Virus record (IMG/VR): IMGVR_UViG_2765236019_000001
Span: 1 to 64,000 of that record
Reading direction: 5' to 3' (one strand)
Origin: a virus
Lineage: Duplodnaviria; Caudoviricetes
DNA: 64,000 bases
Shown: piece after piece, positions 1 to 7,831 of the stretch
Position numbering within the stretch: position 1 is the first letter of the stretch
How the letters are laid out: each line of letters begins with the position of its first letter
The notes under the pieces: generated by a model
Seen by the model: the letters and a program-made list of their open reading frames with translations, nothing else
Told to the model about the DNA's origin: nothing
Databases searched by the model: none
Program-made: the position numbers and the translations under genes

Positions 1-438
1 TTACGCGTCGGGGGTGGCGCGGCTGGCCAGGCGTTCGTAGCGCTGCCGGGCCGCTTGGGGGGTGCCGAGGCCGAGGCCGAAGGCGATCTCCTGCCAGGTC
101 ATGCCGCGGCCGCGGGCCATTTGGAGGAGCCCGGTCTCCAGTTCGTCCAACTCACCGCGCACCAGCGGGACGAGGCTGAGCGCGGCGGTGATGTCGGCGT
201 GGTCCACCTCCGGCTCACCGTCGTCGAGCTGCGCGGTCCCGCTGAGCAGGAGCGATACGAGGCGGACGGCTTCGTGCGGGCCGAGGAGCGAGGGGTTCAC
301 CTGCCGGTGGCGCTGCTGGTCGGTGGCCGCGTGCCGCTCGGCGATGCGGAAGAGGGACGCGTAGACGCGCTGCGCGCGCGCCTCTTCCGGCTGCGGGGGC
401 GTGAACGGGTCGGTGGGCTGTTCGGGAGTTGACGACAT
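1..438 (-). CDS. Host small HTH DNA-binding protein
   Basis: C-terminal ARGRGMTWQEIAFGLGLGTPQAARQRY is a typical actinobacterial HTH. ATG at 438, high GC3. Confidence 0.75.
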   Translation of the reverse strand: MSSTPEQPTDPFTPPQPEEARAQRVYASLFRIAERHAATDQQRHRQVNPSLLGPHEAVRLVSLLLSGTAQLDDGEPEVDHADITAALSLVPLVRGELDELETGLLQMARGRGMTWQEIAFGLGLGTPQAARQRYERLASRATPDA

Positions 439-567
439 GAGGAGAGGATGCGGGAGTTCCCGGCCCGTTGTCAACGACTTAATTTAAACGACTCGTTCAA
501 GTGGATCGATGGCGCGGAACGTCGGTCGGCGAGGGCCCGTCATGCCGGGACAGGTGCGCCGGCGGCG

Positions 568-1002
568 TCAGGACGGCCGTGTGGTGGTGACCGCGTAGAA
601 GGCCACGGCCGCGGCGGCGCCGACGTTGAGGGAGTCGATGCCGTGGGCCATGGGGATGCGGACCCACTCGTCGGCGGCGCGGAGGGCGCCGGTGGAGAGG
701 CCGCCGCCTTCGGCGCCGAGCATCAGGGCGACGCGGTCGAGGGTGTGCGGGGCGGCGGCATCGAGGTCGGTGGCGCCGTCGGCCGGGGTCAGGGCGAGGA
801 GCCGGAAGCCGGCCTCGCGGACCGTGGAGAGGTCGCGCGGCCAGTTCTCCAGCCGGGCGTACGGGACGGAGAACACCGCGCCCATGGAGACCTTGACGGA
901 GCGACGGTAGAGGGGGTCGGCGCAATCCGGGGAGAGCAGGACCGCGTCCATCCCCAGGGCCGCGGCGCTGCGGAAGATGGCGCCGATGTTTGTCGGTGGC
1001 AC
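568..1002 (-). pseudogene. trmH: 3' fragment of a TrmH/SpoU (SPOUT) RNA methyltransferase, truncated by prophage integration
   Basis: SPOUT motifs TNIGAIFRSAAALG, LGAEGGGL and RIPMAHGIDSLNVGAAAAV are present. The N-terminal half is missing and sequence character changes at ~990. Confidence 0.88.
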
Positions 1003-1015
1003 AAGTTAACTACCT
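965..1015. other. Hybrid attachment site (attL/attR) of the serine integrase, predicted central dinucleotide TT at 989-990
   Basis: CGCCGA-TG-TT-TG-TCGGTG (981-998) is pseudo-symmetric around TT. It lies exactly where trmH homology stops and ~75 bp upstream of the integrase. Confidence 0.7.
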
Positions 1016-1066
1016 AGCCAACACGTGTGTGAAAAAGGATCATCCGACACACACGAGGGGCCCTGA

Positions 1067-2815
1067 ATGGTCGACGTGCAGGAAAAGCCGCGCCGAAAGG
1101 GACGCGGGTACATTCGCGTCTCGAAGAAGCGCCGGGACATGATCAGCCCGGAGATCCAGCGTGACGAGATCAATCACCTCGCTGAACGCGAGAACATCGA
1201 GCAGGTAGCAGAGCCGATTCAGGACCTCGGCCTCTCCGGGCGAGAGTTCGAAGAGCGGCAGATCAACAAACTCGTCGAGGACGTCGAGGCTGCCATCATC
1301 CAGGTCGTCTTGCTTTGGAAGTGGAGCCGCTTCGGCCGCAACACGCTCCAATCCCTGCTGAACATTCAGCGCATCTACGACGCAGGCGGGGATGTCCGCG
1401 CAGCGACGGAAGATTTCGACGGCAAGACGAGCGTCGGACGCCTCCAGATCACCCAGATGCTCGGATGGGCACAGTTCCAGTCCGATCAGATCGGGGAGAA
1501 CTGGCAGTCCGCACACAAGTACCGGCGGAAGAAAGGACTGCCCCACAGCGGCTTCAAGACGTTCGGCTACAAGATCTGTTTCACATGCCCACCACACGAA
1601 CCAGGCGAACGCCGTAACAAGTGCGACAACTGTCGCGACGGCATTCAGAAGCTGGACCCGGACACGCAGGATGCATTGGCCGGAGTGTGGCGGCGCTTCA
1701 CGTTCCAGAACGAGCCGATGAAGCGCATCTGTGACGACCTGTGGGAACGCGGGTTCCGAACCGAGAGCGGAGAACGGATCACGCCGACGCAGATGTACAA
1801 ATGGCTGGACAGCGGCTTCAGTCTCGGTTGGGTGCGCTGGCGATCGAAGGAAAAGATCCTCCAGGACAAAAAGGTCGTCCGAGAAGGTAGGAAGAACTAC
1901 TACCGAAGCTCTCGTCCGGAGTACTTCGACGTCTGGGTAACCGGAGCGCACGAGGCTGTCATCGAGGATCCCAACGAGCGGGAGCTGCTCTGGCTGACGT
2001 ATCTGTCCAAGCGTTTCGGTTCGCCTCAGCTCCCCAAATCGCACCACGACCCGAAGTACAGCATCTCCGGTCTCGCTCGCTGCACAGGACTACGACTCTT
2101 CGAGATCACCCGAACGCGTGGCCAGTGGAAGACCGCAATCTGCGGGAGGAATGAGGGCGCCTTCTCGCGAGGCAAGGAAAGGATGGAGCAATACCCGCCG
2201 CTACCCAACGGAGATCGCAATCCTCACACCGTCTACTTCCGCTGCACCCATGGCGCCCTCTACAAGGATTGCACAGGCAGCGGTTCAATCGGCGTCGCGC
2301 GTGCCGAGAAGGAACTGCTCGATTGGTTGGTCAAGCAATCCCAAGGCGAAGCATCTGTCGACGAGAAGATCGCCGCAGCGAAGGACCAGTTCGCCTTGAA
2401 GGGATCAGCCGACGAACAAGCAGAGGTATCTAAGAAGCTCAAGGAGCTGGACGAAGAGTCCTCTCGCTTGGTGCGCGGCTACACGAAGGGAATCATCGAC
2501 GAGGACAACTACGTTAAGGAGAAGCAACGCATCGAGTCCGAGATCTCAGCAGCGCGGGAGCGCCTGAAACTTTTCTCCGCGAAGGTCGTCGCCTTGCGTC
2601 CGGCACAGGCTCGGTTCCTTGGACTGGTCGAGGAATGGGAGCACATGACGTACTCGCGAAAGCGGCAGGCTCTGTCCACTGTGATTTCGCACTTCTGGGT
2701 GTACCGCGAAAAGGCGAGAAGCAAGCCACGAATCCGCGTGGTTCCTCTCTGGGCGGAGGAGCACGAACGGCTCGCCCCTCCGCCGCCAGGCCATCCTGCT
2801 GACGAAGTCGACTAG
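1067..2815 (+). CDS. int: Large serine recombinase (phage integrase)
   Basis: YIRVS catalytic Ser motif, SG and SRFGRN motifs, recombinase domain, Zn ribbon (SGLARC...CG...YFRC...C) and coiled coil. Confidence 0.95.
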   Translation: MVDVQEKPRRKGRGYIRVSKKRRDMISPEIQRDEINHLAERENIEQVAEPIQDLGLSGREFEERQINKLVEDVEAAIIQVVLLWKWSRFGRNTLQSLLNIQRIYDAGGDVRAATEDFDGKTSVGRLQITQMLGWAQFQSDQIGENWQSAHKYRRKKGLPHSGFKTFGYKICFTCPPHEPGERRNKCDNCRDGIQKLDPDTQDALAGVWRRFTFQNEPMKRICDDLWERGFRTESGERITPTQMYKWLDSGFSLGWVRWRSKEKILQDKKVVREGRKNYYRSSRPEYFDVWVTGAHEAVIEDPNERELLWLTYLSKRFGSPQLPKSHHDPKYSISGLARCTGLRLFEITRTRGQWKTAICGRNEGAFSRGKERMEQYPPLPNGDRNPHTVYFRCTHGALYKDCTGSGSIGVARAEKELLDWLVKQSQGEASVDEKIAAAKDQFALKGSADEQAEVSKKLKELDEESSRLVRGYTKGIIDEDNYVKEKQRIESEISAARERLKLFSAKVVALRPAQARFLGLVEEWEHMTYSRKRQALSTVISHFWVYREKARSKPRIRVVPLWAEEHERLAPPPPGHPADEVD

Positions 2816-2997
2816 GCCGCGTCCCTGAGCGGTGGGAGTTGAGACTCATGATGGTCTTGCTCCCACCGGCTCTGTCGTTCTAGGACTGCTTGGGCGATCA
2901 CAGCCCAAAAGCTGTCCCAGCACTGTTCTTCTCCGAGTGAGACCCTTTCGGATTCAGAAGGCACAGACACTACTTCTGCTACACCCTGGTCTTCCAT
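2812..2997 (-). CDS. Small acidic protein convergent with the integrase (candidate directionality factor)
   Basis: Strong SD GAGGAGGT just before the ATG, stop overlapping the integrase stop. Function inferred from position only. Confidence 0.6.
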   Translation of the reverse strand: MEDQGVAEVVSVPSESERVSLGEEQCWDSFWAVIAQAVLERQSRWEQDHHESQLPPLRDAA

Positions 2998-3128
2998 TCG
3001 ACCTCCTCGGCCCCGAGTTTCGGGAGCTGAGGCGAGCCTATGGAATGGGCAGAAAAACAGTTAGGTCCTTCAAGAGCGGCGGCTGAGCTAAGAGACAAGC
3101 GAGAACGAAAGAATCAGCAGAAACAGCT

Positions 3129-3156
3129 AAGGGGCCCCGGCCGGGGCCCCTTTTTT
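3129..3156 (+). terminator. Intrinsic terminator
   Basis: Perfect 24-bp palindrome AAGGGGCCCCGGCCGGGGCCCCTT running into a T tract. Confidence 0.8.
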
Positions 3157-3179
3157 CATACCCGAAAACAGGAGGAAGC

Positions 3180-3293
3180 ATGTCTCACGTATGGGTGGTA
3201 TTCGCCTTCGTCGGCGCGGCGCTGGCCGGGCTCGCGGCGGTGTGGCTCGCCGACATATCGGAGGGTGAAGGGAAGCACCGGAAGCGCCGATAG
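3180..3293 (+). CDS. 37-aa single-pass membrane peptide
   Basis: SD AGGAGG then ATG. Translation MSHVWVVFAFVGAALAGLAAVWLADISEGEGKHRKRR, below the ORF-track cutoff. Confidence 0.65.
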   Translation: MSHVWVVFAFVGAALAGLAAVWLADISEGEGKHRKRR

Positions 3294-3491
3294 CCGTGGG
3301 AGAGCCCAGAGTCAAGGGCTGGGCTCTCCACTGTTCCTCATACCAGGACGGTGCCGTTTCTCTCGCATTCGACGCAGGCGTCAATTTCTGGCCAGCGTCC
3401 CCGGCATCGAGGACAGGTCTTCTCTTCCACATCTGCCTCGTGACCGCCGTTCCAGTGCTGGCCGGTGGTCGAGTAGTTAGTAGTCATTCTT

Positions 3492-4784
3492 TCAGTCCTC
3501 GATTACGTCGGCATCGACGATGTTCTGCTCAGCAGCTTCGGAAGGCGTCGCGGGGAGGGCGTGGTGTGGTGTTTCCTGGGCTCCGAAGAGGCGGCTGATG
3601 AGTCCGGTTTCAGCGGCGCCCTTCTGGGTGGCCTTGATGGAGATGCTTACCGATGCCTCGTCGGCCTTACGTTTGCTGGCTGCGAGCTTGCTCCACCTGT
3701 CGATTTCCTCGGAGAGGACAGGGTCCAGTTCGTTTTCGCCGTAGGACTCTTCGGCACGGGCTCTCTTGTACACCCGGCCGAGTTGAAGTTCGAGGACTGT
3801 TGCCTCGGCGTCGGCGAGCTGCTCCTTGGTGCGGATTGTGGGGTTGTCTGGTCGGTGCCAGGGGGCGACGGTAGTTACTCCCTGGTGCCGCTCCTGGAGG
3901 GACTGGGTATCAACTGTGTTGGAGGCAAAATCCACGTTCGGTTCGGTAGTGTTTGGAGTCGTGGGAGTTACTCCCCTGATGCTGGCGTTGAGCTTTTCCA
4001 TATAACGGGACCAGGCGTAGATGGATAGGCGTAGGACTTCGGTGGGGTCGTCCTGGTCGATAAGGTCGATGTCGTATCCAGCGTCGACGAACTCCTGGCG
4101 GTGCCGCTTGCGGGCACGGTCCTTCATCTTCTTGGGGTAGCGGCGCAGTTCTCCTCCGGAGAACCAGATGGTGTCCCCGAATTGGCTGGGTGAGAGCCAG
4201 CTCGTGCTGGTGACGGCGTGGAAGGGCGCGGTCTGGAGGAGGTCGGGCTTAGTGATGCCTAGGCCGAAGAGGCGTACGCCCGTTGAGCGGACGATGCGGG
4301 CCAGGCGGTGTGCGAGGTTGTTGTCGATGGCGTCCTTGGGGATGGCGACGTTGGGCCAGTTCTCGCAGATTTCGTCCAGGTCTTGGCCGGGGTGCCAGAC
4401 GAATACCGCCTTGGCCCTGTGTTCCTCCAACCAGGGCAGGCGCTTCATGCGATGGTCGGCGTCGAGGCGGGCGGCGTCGAATTCCACGAAGAAGTCGATG
4501 CGGCTGAGGTTCGGTTGGATGAACTCGTCGTAGTAGTGGTCGGCGATGTCGGCGAGTTCATCGGCTGTCGGGGCGCTGGCGGGGTTGTGGTTGAGGCTGT
4601 AGGTGCCGGAGTCGATGAGGATTTGGACGGCCGGGTCGTTGTAGTAGGCGTTGATATCGAAGGGCTTGGTGAACTTGTTGCGCTTGCGCAGTGCCCAGTA
4701 GCTGAGCGAGTGCTTGAGGTGGCCTTCGGCTATGAGGAGTCGCCGGTACACAGGAAATTCTGTGCCCGCTTGGTAGAGGTCCAT
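3492..4784 (-). CDS. TGT/DpdA-like (guanine transglycosylase fold) protein with a C-terminal helical extension
   Basis: Motifs ILIDSGTYS, VFVWH, RLFGLG and VTSTSW in TGT/DpdA order. Likely start MDLYQAG with SD AGGA. Confidence 0.7.
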   Translation of the reverse strand: MDLYQAGTEFPVYRRLLIAEGHLKHSLSYWALRKRNKFTKPFDINAYYNDPAVQILIDSGTYSLNHNPASAPTADELADIADHYYDEFIQPNLSRIDFFVEFDAARLDADHRMKRLPWLEEHRAKAVFVWHPGQDLDEICENWPNVAIPKDAIDNNLAHRLARIVRSTGVRLFGLGITKPDLLQTAPFHAVTSTSWLSPSQFGDTIWFSGGELRRYPKKMKDRARKRHRQEFVDAGYDIDLIDQDDPTEVLRLSIYAWSRYMEKLNASIRGVTPTTPNTTEPNVDFASNTVDTQSLQERHQGVTTVAPWHRPDNPTIRTKEQLADAEATVLELQLGRVYKRARAEESYGENELDPVLSEEIDRWSKLAASKRKADEASVSISIKATQKGAAETGLISRLFGAQETPHHALPATPSEAAEQNIVDADVIED

Positions 4785-4792
4785 CGGATGTC

Positions 4793-5284
4793 CTAGAGGG
4801 GCTCGGCGCTGCGACGCGGATCGGTGGCGTATGCCTGGGCCTGGGTTTCGGTCTCCGCGACGAGTTCCGCCCAAGGGCGCAGGCCCTGTTGGTAGTCGGG
4901 GCGCCATTCCGGCTTGGCGAAATGCGGCAGGGTGAGCGTTGTTACGGGGTATCCGCGGGCGAGCAGCTCGACGCTGACAGCAGGGTCGGGCTCGATGACC
5001 AGGTCCAGCTTTATGCCGGTGCCGGTGAGGTGTCCTAGGCACTCCAGGCGTACGTCGGCTGGCGTTGCTGCGTTGGATGTTCGTCGCGGGCCGACGAGTC
5101 GCATGTGCGCTGTGAGGCCGGTGAAGGTGAGCCACTTGTGTGTGGTGGACGGGTTGCGGTCGTCGGCGAGGAGGTACAGCGCGTGGTCGGTGGCGAGGGC
5201 CTGGTAGAGGGCGTTGCCGAGGGGGATGGCGCCGTCGGTGTCGGTGTTGCGCAGGACGCCGTCGATGGTGATGGCGATGTTCAC
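4793..5284 (-). CDS. HAD-superfamily-like protein with a degenerate motif I
   Basis: N-terminal IAITIDGVLR resembles hhhDxDGxL, with a motif IV-like LVIEPD. GTG overlaps the upstream TGA. Confidence 0.6.
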   Translation of the reverse strand: MNIAITIDGVLRNTDTDGAIPLGNALYQALATDHALYLLADDRNPSTTHKWLTFTGLTAHMRLVGPRRTSNAATPADVRLECLGHLTGTGIKLDLVIEPDPAVSVELLARGYPVTTLTLPHFAKPEWRPDYQQGLRPWAELVAETETQAQAYATDPRRSAEPL

Positions 5285-6261
5285 TTCTGGCTCCAGAGGG
5301 CGGCCTTGATCAGGGCGGTCTGGGCGTCGTCGATGGCCTGGCCATAGAGGTCGGTTTCGGTGGACTGCTGTGCTGTGGAGCCGATTTCCTTGAGTTGGCG
5401 CAGTGTGTGAACGGTGCCGTTCTCCTTGGCGGCCTGCCAGCGGAAATTGTTGAAATCGCTATACCCGCTGCCCTGGGGGCTGAAGGCGGCGCGGCGGCCG
5501 AGGTGGATGGCATCGAAGAGGCTGGTCGCCTTGGCGATGACATTGCGCAGTTCGGTGGCGTGGTTCATCCAGGCCGGGGAGCCTTTCGCGAGGGTGCTGA
5601 GGCTGGTGGCGTGGAAGCGGTAGGAGTCCAGGAGTTGCTTGGCCTGGTGTTCGTCCTCGGTAGCTGCCTCGTAGTAGCTCGTGGGGTATAGGGAGCGGAC
5701 GTCGCTCGGCAGGTGGGGTGGGGTGACGGTCCACTCGTCGTGGGTGAGGGAGTAGGCCGCGTAGGGGTGGATCGAGGTGATGTCCTTCACGCCTCGCGCC
5801 GGGTTCCAGTAAAAGGTGACCTCGTACGTCCGACTCCCGATTTGGCTGTGGGCCGTCTTGGGCCATAGTCCGTTGCGCAGGCTCTCGTTGACGTACCTGG
5901 CGGTCTCTTCAGCTGTGAGTCCGGCGTAGCCGTCGTTGTGGTAGGTGAACTGGGCGTAGTTGACGCCGATCAGTACGTCGAGATCGCCGTTTCCTCGGTC
6001 GGCTGCCCACTGGTAGGTGATTCCGGAACCGGCCAGCCAGACCTCCGCCCACTGGTCGAATCCCGGGGTGGCGAGGAAGAACTCACGCAGCGTGCCGAGG
6101 ATCCAGTCGCGGATGGACGGCTTGAGGTGGGTGCCGTCGAAAAGGTTGGGGTCGAGTTCTGCGGAAGGCTCGGAGAAGTAGCCGCTTCCGCCGTGTACGG
6201 GGTCGGGTATGTCTGTGAGGGACTCGGCGAGTCGATCGTAAAAGACGTTGGGGCCACTCAT
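5281..6261 (-). CDS. Nucleotidyltransferase, DNA polymerase beta superfamily
   Basis: VWLAGS...GDLDVLIGV matches the hG[GS]...DxD signature, with a candidate third acid in YEVTFY. Confidence 0.85.
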   Translation of the reverse strand: MSGPNVFYDRLAESLTDIPDPVHGGSGYFSEPSAELDPNLFDGTHLKPSIRDWILGTLREFFLATPGFDQWAEVWLAGSGITYQWAADRGNGDLDVLIGVNYAQFTYHNDGYAGLTAEETARYVNESLRNGLWPKTAHSQIGSRTYEVTFYWNPARGVKDITSIHPYAAYSLTHDEWTVTPPHLPSDVRSLYPTSYYEAATEDEHQAKQLLDSYRFHATSLSTLAKGSPAWMNHATELRNVIAKATSLFDAIHLGRRAAFSPQGSGYSDFNNFRWQAAKENGTVHTLRQLKEIGSTAQQSTETDLYGQAIDDAQTALIKAALWSQK

Positions 6262-6268
6262 AGATGCG

Positions 6269-6298
6269 ACGCTATGAGTGGCCCCAGACTAAGTGTTA
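6269..6298 (-). promoter_or_regulatory. TAACAC-N18-TAGCGT promoter, probably leaderless, overlapping a 15-bp hairpin
   Basis: The -10 TAGCGT ends 7 nt before the ATG at 6261. Inverted repeat at 6249-6263 / 6272-6286. Confidence 0.65.
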
Positions 6299-6316
6299 GT
6301 GCTCGTTCTGCCTCTG

Positions 6317-6832
6317 CTAGTTCCTGGAGAGAGGTTCTCCGACGTCTACGGTAAGGCTTTCGTCGAACCCGCTTTCCAGCCAGCTCAGTAGGAGGCGCGA
6401 GCCGAGTACGAAGCCGCCGCTTACGAATTCGTTGGCTTCGTTGACCTGGGCGACGACGTCCCATTTGAAGGGGATGCCGAGGTAGGCGTCGCCGGGTTTT
6501 TCCCAGGTGGCCTCGTACAGGGCGCCGTTGGCATCTGTGCACCAGGCGTGCTCGGTGGGGAAGAAGGCGCTGGCGAATCCCTCGACGTAGGTGAGGTTGT
6601 CGTGGGCCCAGGTGGCTTCCATGGAGTTGTGGAAGCAGCGCTTGGCGGGTCCTGTGTTGTCGACGGGGAGGGCGCGGTCTGGACGGAAGACCCGGCCGTG
6701 CTTGATGAGGACCTCGCCGATGTGGTGATGCGCCCAGTTCGGGTAGCGCTTGGCGCTGTTGCCCTTGGCGGTGCTGGTGAGCATGTCGAGCCACTGCACG
6801 ATGCGGCTGATGCCCTGGTCGATGACAGCCAC
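6317..6832 (-). CDS. Hypothetical protein with a papain/transglutaminase-like Cys-His motif
   Basis: CFHNS...YVEGFA...HAWC...EATW...YLGIPF. SD AGGGG. Confidence 0.6.
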   Translation of the reverse strand: MAVIDQGISRIVQWLDMLTSTAKGNSAKRYPNWAHHHIGEVLIKHGRVFRPDRALPVDNTGPAKRCFHNSMEATWAHDNLTYVEGFASAFFPTEHAWCTDANGALYEATWEKPGDAYLGIPFKWDVVAQVNEANEFVSGGFVLGSRLLLSWLESGFDESLTVDVGEPLSRN

Positions 6833-6878
6833 TGCCGTCCCCCTTTGTTCGCGCTTTCTGGTGTGACGAGCCTACGAC

Positions 6879-7217
6879 GTGTTCTCGCAGCTGATCCTTC
6901 CGGGCACCAAGGACGTTGTCGACTTCGAGGCCAGGGACTCCGGCGCCCCCGTCGGCGAGCTGCTCGGCGCGGGAGAATGGCTTGCCGGGGAGTGGGTAGG
7001 CAGCGACGGCATCACCGACGCCGAGGCCGTGGGGACCTGGTACCTGGAGCTGGACGACCTGATCATCAACGAGGTCGACGAGGCCCTGGAGGCCCAGGCC
7101 GACGCCGACGAGAAGGGCTCCAACGGCGCCGAGCGCCGTCACCCTTGCATCCACGAGATTCCCGTCCTGCGCCTGCCGAAGCTCGATGCGGCTCGGAAGG
7201 AGTGCCAGGAGGCGTGA
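6879..7217 (+). CDS. Acidic hypothetical protein
   Basis: High-GC3 codons, coupled to the next ORF by GTGA. 25 D/E versus 9 K/R in 112 aa. Confidence 0.55.
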   Translation: MFSQLILPGTKDVVDFEARDSGAPVGELLGAGEWLAGEWVGSDGITDAEAVGTWYLELDDLIINEVDEALEAQADADEKGSNGAERRHPCIHEIPVLRLPKLDAARKECQEA

Positions 7218-7372
7218 ACATCAACCAGCCATCCCTCACCGTCCCGCCGGAAGAGCTGGAACGCTTCGAGGAACTCGTCCGCTACCTGGCCGCCCACGAC
7301 GGCAGGACGCCGACCGACGACATGCCGCTGGCCTGGTGGCTCGTCGAGGCCCTGGAACAGCCCCGGCTCTAG
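7214..7372 (+). CDS. 52-aa hypothetical protein
   Basis: SD AGGAGG and a GTGA overlap. MNINQPSLTVPPEELERFEELVRYL... Confidence 0.6.
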   Translation: MNINQPSLTVPPEELERFEELVRYLAAHDGRTPTDDMPLAWWLVEALEQPRL

Positions 7373-7429
7373 ATGCTCGGGTTACGGCCCAGATACGCCA
7401 GCATCCCTTACGGGAAACTCTGGCGCACC

Positions 7430-7525
7430 GCGCTAATCGCAGGGGGCATTTCCTTACACCCCTGCGATTAGCGCAATACTCAATGAATTAACTGCAAGGC
7501 GCTTCGATGCGCCTTGCAGTTAATT
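7430..7525. terminator. Two tandem perfect hairpins between convergent genes
   Basis: 16-bp inverted repeat at 7430-7445/7459-7474 and 17-bp inverted repeat at 7486-7502/7509-7525, the second followed by Ts. Confidence 0.7.
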
Positions 7526-7534
7526 TTTCGCTAG

Positions 7535-7831
7535 TCAGTTATTCGACTTCTTCTTGTCACGCTGGTGACGAAGGCGCGTATTTTCGGCGCGGGAGACCAC
7601 ACGGAGATTCGAGGGCCGGTTGTCGGTGTAGTTGCCGTTGATGTGGTCGACGGTTTCGTCCGAGCGCAGCGTACGGCCGAGCTTCTTTTCGGCAGCGAGG
7701 CGGTGGGCGTAGGTGACCTTGCCGGTCTTGGGGTCGCGGACGCTGCCGTAGCCCTTCTTCGTCTTGCCGCCGGTCCACTTGCCGCCCTTGGCTGCGGTTT
7801 CGCCTGCGCTGGGCTTCTTGGCCGTAGACAT
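7535..7831 (-). CDS. HNH endonuclease (short)
   Basis: YAHRL...VDHINGNYTDNRPSNLRVVSRAEN. TGATG overlap with the upstream gene. Confidence 0.85.
   Translation of the reverse strand: MSTAKKPSAGETAAKGGKWTGGKTKKGYGSVRDPKTGKVTYAHRLAAEKKLGRTLRSDETVDHINGNYTDNRPSNLRVVSRAENTRLRHQRDKKKSNN

Noticed and set aside
3040-3598. Plus-strand ORFs 3040-3480 and 3296-3598
   Set aside because: The first crosses a strong terminator and the second overlaps the TGT-like gene end. Neither has a good SD or recognisable motif.
3492-5135. 547-aa ORF as called by the track, and similar long N-terminal extensions at 34494-37625, 40029-42902, 28733-30433, 9645-10799 and 9863-11362
   Set aside because: The extensions overlap real upstream genes in another frame and are low-complexity Arg/Pro shadows. 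Internal starts with SD or coupling fit better.
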